Below, piece by piece: positions 1-8,079 of a stretch of DNA of 64,000 bases. The notes under the pieces were generated by a model. The model made no database searches. It saw nothing but the letters and a program-made list of their open reading frames with translations, and was not told the origin of the DNA. Location: the NCBI GenBank assembly GCA_017694875.1, contig JADIMG010000084.1, positions 2,663 to 66,662 of the forward strand, written 5' to 3'. The translations under genes were made by a program, and so were the position numbers. This DNA comes from Candidatus Gallipaludibacter merdavium (lineage in GTDB: Bacteria > Bacteroidota > Bacteroidia > Bacteroidales > Paludibacteraceae). Within the stretch, counting starts at the first letter, position 1. Each line of letters opens with the position of its first letter.

Positions 1-1821
1 CAGTCGCAAGGCATCATTTTCCCCAACATTCTGCCACCCAATGAATTGGAATATGTGATGGATGCCGATACCAGCAACCGCTTTTACGAAACGCTGAAAC
101 AACTGACCGACGGCAAGTCTGACAACAATCCCGAAGGGCAAGGCCTCCATTACGCCCGCTACCGTGCCGTGGAATTTCTGAAGCCGGAACACCGCCACAA
201 ATACAGGAATGCTGTCCATATCGGCCAGACACTGGCTGGCATCTATCGTGTGCACATGGTCAAGCGGCTGGAGAGCAGTTTCTACGCCTTCAAAAAGTCA
301 CTCCAAACCCTCCTCCGCATCACCACAGATATGATTAAGATGTTCGATGAAAACAAGGTAATCATTGCTCCCGACCTGAAGGTAAAAGACCTACAGGTCA
401 AAAACATGGAGCTTGACGAAATCATCGAATATGCCCTTGCAAAAGGATATGTTGCCGAAGACATACTTTTTACCGCCGATGCCTTCACACCCGACTTCCT
501 CCAGATGCTCCACCACGACCGCATCATTCTGGAACAGCTCAATGCAGAATGGGAACAGGAAACCAAAGACCCCAAATTCGACAAGTTCCGGGAAAACCTG
601 ACCCAAAACTTTTTCAACAAGGACATCAATCCCTCAGGCAAACTGGTGCTATTCTCCGAAAGTGTTGACACACTCCACTATCTGTACGAACGGCTGACCC
701 GCGATATAGGGCGTCGTGATGTGCTGATGGTAACAGCCGCCAACAGAAACCGCTTGACGCAAACCATCAAGGAAAATTTCGATGCCAACTTCGGCAGCGC
801 TTCCATGCACTACAACATCATCATCACTTCCGATGTTTTGGCAGAGGGTGTAAACCTCCACCGTTCCAATGTGATTGTCAATTATGATTCGCCTTGGAAT
901 GCTACCCGGCTGATGCAGCGCATTGGGCGTGTCAACCGTATCGGCTCCCTCGCTCCCAACATCTACAACTATATGTTCTACCCGTCAAAGCAAGGCGACA
1001 AGGAAATCCAGCTCTACAAGAATGCCCTTGTCAAGTTGCAGGGCTTCCATTCCGCATTTGGCGAAGACGCACAAATCTACTCCAGAGAGGAAATAGTAAA
1101 AGAGTTTCAGATGTTCGACAGCAACGTAAAGGACAGCATCGACAAGAAGATTGCCCTGTTGCGTGAAGTGCGCGAACTCTACAACCACGACCGCAAGCTC
1201 TATCACAAAATCAAGGCTCTGCCTATGAAAAGCCGTGTCATGCGCCACACGGGCAAACACAGCGGCAAGTCCGTCATATTCGTTTCATCTTCCGTAAAGA
1301 CAGAGTTCTATCTGGCTAATTCTAAAGGCATAGAAGTGATTGATTTCCTTGAGGCGGTCAAATACCTCAAAGCCCAACCCGAAGAACAGCCCGTCCCCTT
1401 CAGCAATGAAGAGCAACACTACAGACATGTCAACAGCGCCTTGGCCCGATATACCGCAGAATATGTGGAAGCGGCAGATACCTCCTCCATCAACCGTACC
1501 GACCTTGACAAGATTTCACTGGAGGCCAACAAGTTTCTGCGCACCATCAAGCAGATATGCGCCGACAGCGAACTCAAAACGCAATGCGACGTGCTGATAG
1601 GATATATCAACGAAGGCATCTATGCCCAGCTCCCCCGCTATCTGAAAACCCTGTCGCGCGAGTACAGGAACAACCGCACCAAAATCAAGCAGGACGAATA
1701 CCTTTTGCAAAACAAGATATCCGAACTGCTGGATGAATATCAGACCATGAACAGGGAGCAACGCCACGAAGCTCATGACATTTCCAACCCACAAATCATC
1801 ATTTCCGAATCATTCAAATAG
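1..1821 (+). CDS. SF2/SNF2-type helicase, C-terminal part (5' end lies upstream of the window)
   Basis: Frame 1 is open from nt 1, with no stop before the listed ATG at 46, so the gene is cut by the window edge. Helicase C-terminal motifs are present: LVLFSESVDTLHYL, IIITSDVLAEGVNLH and QRIGRVNRIG (motif VI, QxxGRxxR). The stop lies 8 nt before the methyltransferase start. Confidence 0.75.
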   Translation, partial: QSQGIIFPNILPPNELEYVMDADTSNRFYETLKQLTDGKSDNNPEGQGLHYARYRAVEFLKPEHRHKYRNAVHIGQTLAGIYRVHMVKRLESSFYAFKKSLQTLLRITTDMIKMFDENKVIIAPDLKVKDLQVKNMELDEIIEYALAKGYVAEDILFTADAFTPDFLQMLHHDRIILEQLNAEWEQETKDPKFDKFRENLTQNFFNKDINPSGKLVLFSESVDTLHYLYERLTRDIGRRDVLMVTAANRNRLTQTIKENFDANFGSASMHYNIIITSDVLAEGVNLHRSNVIVNYDSPWNATRLMQRIGRVNRIGSLAPNIYNYMFYPSKQGDKEIQLYKNALVKLQGFHSAFGEDAQIYSREEIVKEFQMFDSNVKDSIDKKIALLREVRELYNHDRKLYHKIKALPMKSRVMRHTGKHSGKSVIFVSSSVKTEFYLANSKGIEVIDFLEAVKYLKAQPEEQPVPFSNEEQHYRHVNSALARYTAEYVEAADTSSINRTDLDKISLEANKFLRTIKQICADSELKTQCDVLIGYINEGIYAQLPRYLKTLSREYRNNRTKIKQDEYLLQNKISELLDEYQTMNREQRHEAHDISNPQIIISESFK

Positions 1822-1829
1822 ACACCGCT

Positions 1830-4800
1830 ATGGCCACCACATACACATCCGACAGCATGAGACAGCTCTTCCAATCACCCTTCCACCTAACTGATTGGTA
1901 CTCGTTCCTGCAACACTTTCTCAACGCCACCGAATTGAAAGCCACTCCAGAAAAAATCATTGGCAGCCACACCGACAACGGCTACTATTTAGGATGCATT
2001 GACACCACCGACAGCTATCGCATAGGTCTGTTTCATTATCCTATTGCCCATGGCTCTGTTGTCAATAAGCGTGTAGGCCTCCGCAACCTTGTCAAGTCGT
2101 TTATCAACCCCACATGGGGTGAATTCGATGCCGCACTGGTAGTGTTCGATAGCGGCGACCATTGGCGCCTGTCGTTTATTTGCGACATCAAAGGCGAAGC
2201 CACATCACCCAAACGATATACATACGTTTTCGGTAGTCATGAACTGCTCTACAAAACCCCTATCGAACGTTTCCGTTTCTTGCAGAATAAGGGCATATCA
2301 TTTGAAAATCTGAAAACCGCCTTCTCAGTCGAAGCCCTCTCCGACGAGTTTTTCGACAAATATCGTGAACAATATGCCGACTTCATCCAATATGTTACGG
2401 GGAAACGTTTTGTCAAGGTGGGCAACAAGTGGCAGGAAAAAGTACTCGGAAGTCCCAACGCCTCACTCATGCGTGCATTCGGCCATAACGAGAAAAAGAT
2501 TCGTGACTATGTAAAGAAGATGATGGGACGCATCACATTCCTCCACTTCCTGCAACGCAAAGGATGGATGTGTGGCGACCTCAACTACATGCAAAACCTA
2601 TTTGAACACTCCCCCTACCAGCACAATTTTCTTGATGCCGTGCTCGAACCACTGTTTTTCGGCATACTGAACACCCCACCCGCCCAACGTTCAGCCTTGT
2701 TTGCCGATTATGGTTGGGACTCCTCCTTGCTTCATGAATGGCAAGATATCCCCTATCTCAATGGCGGTCTGTTTGAGCGTGACGAGGAAGACGAACCCGA
2801 AAGCCGTTTTCCTGCCGAATATTTCAAGCGTCTGTTCCAGTTTTTCAGTGAATACAATTTCACCATCGACGAAAACGACCCCAATGACGCAGAAATAGGC
2901 GTTGACCCCGAAATGCTAGGTAAAATCTTTGAAAACCTGCTGGAAGACAATAAGGACAAAGGCGCATTCTACACCCCCAAAGAGATAGTGCGCTACATGT
3001 GCCAGGAGTCGCTCATTGCCTATCTGGAAACCAACACTTCCATTACCAGCGAGAAACTCAGGAAATTTGTCCTCTCCCCCGAAGATGGAGCCGCCTATAT
3101 CCCCGACAGCCAGAAAGCCCGTCTGCTTCGCGCACTGGAAGAAGTCAAGATTTGCGACCCAGCCATCGGCTCCGGCGCATTTCCCATGGGCTTGCTGAAC
3201 GAACTGCTCCATTGTCGTGAAGCGTTGAACGGCGAGCACAACAACCGTGCAGAAATAAAAAAAAGCATCATACAAAACAATATCTATGGAGTTGACATAG
3301 AAAAAGGCGCTGTTGACATTGCGCGCCTGCGCTTTTGGCTTTCTATTGTTGTGGACGAAGAAACACCCGCTCCACTGCCCAACTTTGACTATAAGATTAT
3401 GCAAGGCAATTCGCTTATAGAGAGCTTTAAGGGCGTCGATTTGAGCCAACTCACTTACGAGAAGAGCAGTAAAAAAGACTATCGCCAACCCTTGATTTTT
3501 GATGACGAGAAAAACCGCCTGCAAAAAACCGTTTCACATCTGCTGTCCACCTATTATTCCTGCTCAGACCACGACAGAAAGATGAAACTGCAACAGGAAA
3601 TTGCCAACACCATCAAAAAACAACTGACTGTACAATCCTACGACTCTGCTATTCTACAAGAACTCCAAACCATTAATCTTGCCGAAAACGACCAGTTCTT
3701 CCTGTGGCATACTTGGTTCAGTGACGTGTTCAGTCGCGAAGATGGTAAAAATGGCTTTGATATTGTTATCGGGAATCCGCCATATTTCTTATATCAAGAA
3801 TCTCATATTGGAGAAATTAGTAACCTGCGTCGTGATAAGGACTATACTATTGCATTTGGAGGAAAATTAAATGCATATAAACTTTTTATCGCAAATGCAA
3901 TTATGAAATTATTAGCTTCAAATGGAATAAATTGCTTTATCTTTCAAAATTCATTTTTGGGAGATCGACAGGCTACTAATTTAAGAAAGTATATTCTTAG
4001 AAATAAAAAAATTATCAAGATTGATTCATTCCCTGAACGAGATAGTAAAAAAAAGCGAGTTTTTGAAAGTGTAAAAATGAGTGTGTGCATATCCTTAATA
4101 CAAAATACCAAAGTAGATAGTAATTATATCTTCCCCATACATATATGGGATGATAAATATAAATCTTCTGGATTAAATACATCTTTTTCTCTAAATGATA
4201 TTATTGCTATTGATAGTGTTGATTATACGATTCCACGTTTACGCCCAGAATACAAAACTATCGTAATAAAATTGTTGAAAAAGAAAGAAGTCACTCTTAA
4301 ATGTATTGAGGGAGAATTGAATGTAACCTTCCATAAGAAATATTTTGGTTCCAATGTGGTGAACCCTATCATTCTGAAAGGTGCTTCTATTCAACGATAT
4401 CATTATACATTTCAAATGAGTCAAGGTCAAATTGACTATCTTGAAGAAGATAAATATTTATCAGAATATGGCACAACTGATAAATCTACCCATCATAAAT
4501 TTGAAAGAATTGCTATGCAAGGAATGACAGGTGCAAATGACAAAATTAGACTTATAATGTCTATTGTACCTCAAGGATATTATTTGGCAAATTCGTGCAA
4601 TTATATACTGCCATCACAATCAACAGATCTATATTGTTTATTGGGATTCCTTAACTCTAAAACCATAAATTGGTTTTTTAGATGTTTCAGTACTAATAGT
4701 AATGTCAATGGCTATGAGGTTGATAATTTCCCTATTCCACAGTTGTCCCCAAATGCTCAAGCGACGATTTCAGAATTGGTTAAAAAGGTTATTGATGCAA

Positions 4801-4907
4801 AAACAAACAGCTCAACTGATACTTCTGCAATAGAAAAGCAAATTGATGAGCTTGTTTATCAAGCTTATGAATTATCAAAAGATGATATAAAAATCATTGA
4901 ACAATAA
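1830..4907 (+). CDS. Eco57I/type IIG-like N6-adenine DNA methyltransferase with C-terminal specificity region (1025 aa)
   Basis: SAM-binding motif I CDPAIGSGAFPMG (about nt 3150-3190). Catalytic motif IV VIGNPPYF (about nt 3766-3789). A long N-terminal extension and a roughly 370-aa C-terminal region resemble TaqI-C-like target recognition domains. Tightly linked to the upstream helicase. Confidence 0.8.
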   Translation: MATTYTSDSMRQLFQSPFHLTDWYSFLQHFLNATELKATPEKIIGSHTDNGYYLGCIDTTDSYRIGLFHYPIAHGSVVNKRVGLRNLVKSFINPTWGEFDAALVVFDSGDHWRLSFICDIKGEATSPKRYTYVFGSHELLYKTPIERFRFLQNKGISFENLKTAFSVEALSDEFFDKYREQYADFIQYVTGKRFVKVGNKWQEKVLGSPNASLMRAFGHNEKKIRDYVKKMMGRITFLHFLQRKGWMCGDLNYMQNLFEHSPYQHNFLDAVLEPLFFGILNTPPAQRSALFADYGWDSSLLHEWQDIPYLNGGLFERDEEDEPESRFPAEYFKRLFQFFSEYNFTIDENDPNDAEIGVDPEMLGKIFENLLEDNKDKGAFYTPKEIVRYMCQESLIAYLETNTSITSEKLRKFVLSPEDGAAYIPDSQKARLLRALEEVKICDPAIGSGAFPMGLLNELLHCREALNGEHNNRAEIKKSIIQNNIYGVDIEKGAVDIARLRFWLSIVVDEETPAPLPNFDYKIMQGNSLIESFKGVDLSQLTYEKSSKKDYRQPLIFDDEKNRLQKTVSHLLSTYYSCSDHDRKMKLQQEIANTIKKQLTVQSYDSAILQELQTINLAENDQFFLWHTWFSDVFSREDGKNGFDIVIGNPPYFLYQESHIGEISNLRRDKDYTIAFGGKLNAYKLFIANAIMKLLASNGINCFIFQNSFLGDRQATNLRKYILRNKKIIKIDSFPERDSKKKRVFESVKMSVCISLIQNTKVDSNYIFPIHIWDDKYKSSGLNTSFSLNDIIAIDSVDYTIPRLRPEYKTIVIKLLKKKEVTLKCIEGELNVTFHKKYFGSNVVNPIILKGASIQRYHYTFQMSQGQIDYLEEDKYLSEYGTTDKSTHHKFERIAMQGMTGANDKIRLIMSIVPQGYYLANSCNYILPSQSTDLYCLLGFLNSKTINWFFRCFSTNSNVNGYEVDNFPIPQLSPNAQATISELVKKVIDAKTNSSTDTSAIEKQIDELVYQAYELSKDDIKIIEQ

Positions 4908-4917
4908 TTTAAATAGT

Positions 4918-4957
4918 AAAAGAGCGACCTGATTTCTCAAGGTCGCTCTTTCGTTTT
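4918..4957. terminator. Bidirectional rho-independent terminator shared by the convergent methyltransferase and repeat-protein genes
   Basis: Perfect 11-bp stem aaagagcgacc (4918-4928) / ggtcgctcttt (4941-4951) with a 12-nt loop. T-rich sequence follows on both strands. It sits exactly between the two stop codons (4907 and 4956). Confidence 0.7.
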
Positions 4958-5381
4958 AATATGTGTAATCTATGAATCCTATACTAATTAGATAGTCTGC
5001 AATATCATTCATATTCCTTTTCTGTAGTTCTTTAATTAAAATATGTGGTGGAGGCCAATTACTCATATATGGGTTACTACATGGACCTGTGTAAAGTCCA
5101 CCACCGGGACCTGTGTAAAGTCCACCACCGGGACCTGTGTAAAGTCCACCACCGGGACCTGTGTAAAGTCCACCACCGGGACCTGTGTAAAGTCCACCAC
5201 CGGGACCTGTATAAAGTCCACCACCAGGACCTGTGTAAAGTCCACCACCAGGACCTGTGTAAAGTCCACCACCAGGACCTGTGTAAAGTCCACCACCGGG
5301 ACCTATGTAAAGTCCACCACCAGGACCTGTGTAAAGTCCACCACCGGGACCTATGTATCTATCTCTTGGCCATTTGTTCAT
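4956..5381 (-). CDS. Glycine-rich repeat protein: 10-aa N-terminus, 11 x GPGGGLY(T/I), 43-aa unique C-terminal domain
   Basis: The start lies 6 nt after the stop of the upstream minus-strand gene, and the terminator hairpin directly follows the stop. Of the three kinds of repeat-unit variant, two are synonymous only in this frame (Pro ccc/cct, Tyr tac/tat) and one is T->I. This supports this frame over the five other open frames. Confidence 0.7.
   Translation of the reverse strand: MNKWPRDRYIGPGGGLYTGPGGGLYIGPGGGLYTGPGGGLYTGPGGGLYTGPGGGLYTGPGGGLYTGPGGGLYTGPGGGLYTGPGGGLYTGPGGGLYTGPCSNPYMSNWPPPHILIKELQKRNMNDIADYLISIGFIDYTY
5082..5357 (-). repeat. Tandem 24-bp repeat, 11 full units plus partial units at both ends (+ strand unit tgtgtaaagtccaccaccgggacc)
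   Basis: Read directly: contiguous 24-nt units from 5088 to 5351 with only 1-2 substitutions per unit. There are no spacers, so it is not CRISPR-like. The unit length is divisible by 3, so copy-number change keeps the frame. Confidence 0.95.
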
Positions 5382-5387
5382 ATCCTA

Positions 5388-6086
5388 TCACTTATGAAGT
5401 TCTTTTCTATCTATCCAAAAAGCATTATCTGGCTTTATTATTAGAATATCAACAGGACCTCCAACCGTCTTCGTCCGCTGTTGAAATTTCATTGTATCTA
5501 TAGTGGTTTGAATTGCATATTTTGCAAAATCAATAGCATCTTGTATTGTAAAATGATTAAATGGGATAGGATAATCTGTTAAAGCATTACCACTCTGCGT
5601 ATACATTGTAGTCAATACTCTACTAAGTACATCTATTTCACCATCCCATATTGCTCCTTGAATATCTGTATCAATAGATTCTATTTTATCTATAGCGGTA
5701 AAAATTCTATATAATTTTTGTTCATATGTTTTTCCTGTGTTTATATAACCTCCAATGATAAAATCTGTATCTATTGTTTGGCATAATGCTTTGAAATATG
5801 GAATTATTTCATCTTTAATTTCATCAACACATCCATCTTTATGTTCATTGATAAAACTTTCTATATAACCTGCGATGGGTTTGTTGTTGATACTTGCTTG
5901 ACCACATGCCGAAATACCAACTCCCTTTGGAGTTAGGAATGTCTTATATGAAGAATCACTATAATGAACTCCGTTATTTTGGACTATTGTTCCATCTTGC
6001 TTATGAATAGTAGCATTGAATGTTGTTCTACTATCACTGGCCATAACAATACCTTCGCCTAAATGTAAAGCAATAATTAACGACAT
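5388..6086 (-). CDS. Proteasome beta / HslV-like Ntn-hydrolase family peptidase (232 aa)
   Basis: The N-terminus M-SLIIALHLGEGIVMASDSRTT aligns by eye with HslV [22 protein letters not shown] and with the proteasome beta TTIVG...G.V.A.D motif. Ser2 sits at the nucleophile position, with no propeptide. Later IIGGY and GGPVDILIIKPD segments fit the proteasome fold pattern. Confidence 0.55.
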   Translation of the reverse strand: MSLIIALHLGEGIVMASDSRTTFNATIHKQDGTIVQNNGVHYSDSSYKTFLTPKGVGISACGQASINNKPIAGYIESFINEHKDGCVDEIKDEIIPYFKALCQTIDTDFIIGGYINTGKTYEQKLYRIFTAIDKIESIDTDIQGAIWDGEIDVLSRVLTTMYTQSGNALTDYPIPFNHFTIQDAIDFAKYAIQTTIDTMKFQQRTKTVGGPVDILIIKPDNAFWIDRKELHK

Positions 6087-6118
6087 GCTATTTTAATAAT
6101 TTATAACTATTAAAAAAA

Positions 6119-7120
6119 TTATCTTTTGTCAATATCAATTTTTGTGATTTCATGCGAATCTACTCTTATACATTTTGCAGAACAATCATCAAACAATACA
6201 TAATTACGACCTCCTTTATGCAAAGAACTCTCAAAGCTTATTCCATCAGCCCCAACAATCCGTTTACAATATTCACAAATTAACTGAGTCGGGACATATT
6301 CTAATTCGGAATCATATCTACGAAGAGGTTTGGAAAGATCTTCACTTATGGCATCTATTATTTTTTTCTTGATGACGATTTCCTTCAGCGATGTAGTATC
6401 ATCATTATATACCAAGAATAAATTCACATCGTAAATAAAATCAACAAGTTCTAATTCACGTTCTATCCTAAATGTACCAACACTTAATTTATCTAAATAG
6501 ACTGCACGTACTTCGAAATAAGTCGTTTTTGCTGAATCACTTAAATATAAATAAGGTATTCCTATCGGGTTTGCACGACCTGCTGTTGCCAGTTCTTTAG
6601 GAGGGCACCCCATTTTATCACATTTAATTTTCTTTTGACCAACGGGTGTTATACGAGAACGATATAATTTTTGACCAACATGTAAACTCTTACCTGCTGT
6701 CAGATAATTATACTGAGCAAATTCATCCATATTGGTGAAGAAGCGGGATTTTTCTTTTACACTAGTTTTAAGTCTATCCCAAACTGCAACACGAATGCAA
6801 ATATCATCAGTGTAATCTACGAAATCAGCTATTGAGTAATCAAGATTATTTGCCTGAATAACATCAGCTAATAAAACCATTGCAACGTCTTTATCTTTAA
6901 AGAAATGCCACTCGTTCTGAATAATGTCAACGATTGTTTTATTACTATTCACTGTTGGAGAATACAATTCCAGTAAGGTAGTAAAAAATCCATAAAACTC
7001 AGAAAAATCCATAACTTTTCCTTTTCCTCCACACACTGCACAAACCCCATCACTACTACCATTTACACTAACCTCAGAACGCAATTCCTCATCATGGAAA
7101 CAATCTTTACAAATATACAT
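6119..7120 (-). CDS. RES-domain protein with N-terminal CxxC...CxxC zinc-ribbon domain (HEPN/RES-NTD1-like)
   Basis: The N-terminus is MYICKDCFHDE...GVCAVCGG, with four Cys at positions 4, 7, 27 and 30. RES signature: AGRANPIGIPYLYLSDSAKTTYFEVRA carries the Arg and Glu, and DGISFESSLHKGGRNYVLFD carries the Ser. Confidence 0.7.
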   Translation of the reverse strand: MYICKDCFHDEELRSEVSVNGSSDGVCAVCGGKGKVMDFSEFYGFFTTLLELYSPTVNSNKTIVDIIQNEWHFFKDKDVAMVLLADVIQANNLDYSIADFVDYTDDICIRVAVWDRLKTSVKEKSRFFTNMDEFAQYNYLTAGKSLHVGQKLYRSRITPVGQKKIKCDKMGCPPKELATAGRANPIGIPYLYLSDSAKTTYFEVRAVYLDKLSVGTFRIERELELVDFIYDVNLFLVYNDDTTSLKEIVIKKKIIDAISEDLSKPLRRYDSELEYVPTQLICEYCKRIVGADGISFESSLHKGGRNYVLFDDCSAKCIRVDSHEITKIDIDKR

Positions 7121-7131
7121 ACACTACATTG

Positions 7132-8076
7132 TTATAATGAAAGGATTAATTCCAAATGATTTTTAACTGACAACTTCTTCAAATACCCTAGACCTGGATA
7201 ACCATCAGGATTTTCCGCTTTTGCTATTATCTCACAAACTGCTGCTGTCTTATCTTTCTCTTTATAAAACAAAACAACCTTTCTTGCAGCTTCTCGAAAT
7301 TTTCCTCGAATATCACTATTCGTCTCGTTACTATCTGAAACAAAATGATGAACATATAACTGCTCCTCATTCTTTTTATACGAGAGATGAATAACTAAAG
7401 CGTACGGCAACATACCTCCTTCTATATATTCAGACGGCAATGTTGTATAATCTGAATAACCATCCAATTTGCCTTCATCTGCATAGAAAAATGGTTCTTC
7501 TGAAAACAACTCGTCTTCATTATACGCATAATCAGCATTACGTACCCTTGGTTTAAAACAATCATCCAATCGGATAATCTGTTTTCCTGTTTCCTTCAAT
7601 TGACTTCTCAATCTTCTTGAAATAGTAGATCCGAAAGAATTGACAATATATTCAACAGACTCATTATTGAGTATTTCCCATGCATCTTCATCATCAATAT
7701 CTATACAAGTACGAAAAATAATCATAACATGCTCAAGCTCATATTTATCAATCATTGAAGATATCTCATGAGCATTACTTTTAGAATAAAGAAAAGCAGG
7801 AATCCAGTCTTCCTTATTTGTCATTAATTTATCGTGTTGATACCATGCATCAAAATGAACTGTAGGATGTTTAAAATCTCCATCTTTCGGATTTAAAATA
7901 AGTGCAAATTTCAGTCTATTATGCATCATCTCATCTATCGCTAAAATCAATGCATTAGGTTGTTGTTTTACAGGTTCCAAGATAGGCGTTATAATTTTTT
8001 GCTCACTATGTTCTGCTGAGAACTCCCTTAAGGCCTTGAGCTCATATTGTTTTGCACGAAGATATGGATAATACAT
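7132..8076 (-). CDS. Beta-protein family (PF14350-like) / sce7725-family protein
   Basis: The N-terminus MYYPYLRAKQYELKALREF matches the characteristic start of Beta_protein/sce7725 family members as I recall it. It lies 3 nt downstream of its usual partner family (sce7726-like). Confidence 0.6.
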   Translation of the reverse strand: MYYPYLRAKQYELKALREFSAEHSEQKIITPILEPVKQQPNALILAIDEMMHNRLKFALILNPKDGDFKHPTVHFDAWYQHDKLMTNKEDWIPAFLYSKSNAHEISSMIDKYELEHVMIIFRTCIDIDDEDAWEILNNESVEYIVNSFGSTISRRLRSQLKETGKQIIRLDDCFKPRVRNADYAYNEDELFSEEPFFYADEGKLDGYSDYTTLPSEYIEGGMLPYALVIHLSYKKNEEQLYVHHFVSDSNETNSDIRGKFREAARKVVLFYKEKDKTAAVCEIIAKAENPDGYPGLGYLKKLSVKNHLELILSL

Positions 8077-8079
8077 AAT

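Noticed and set aside
1-4907. Calling the helicase/methyltransferase pair DISARM (DrmD/DrmMI) or BREX (PglX)
   Set aside because: None of the diagnostic partners (DrmA/DrmB/DrmC, PglZ, BrxC, BrxL) is present in the window, and the downstream genes are on the other strand. The assignment cannot be made without the upstream sequence.
5082-5357. Possibility that the 24-bp repeats are a CRISPR array
   Set aside because: The units are directly contiguous with no spacers. They lie inside a well-supported ORF, and no cas genes are present in the window.
5043-5503. Plus-strand ORFs (5043-5444, 5045-5503) and the other minus-frame ORF (5063-5296) running through the 24-bp repeat
   Set aside because: Any stop-free 24-bp unit is open in several frames. 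These frames run against the operon orientation or lack a sensible start. The unit variants are non-synonymous in them but synonymous in the GPGGGLYT frame.
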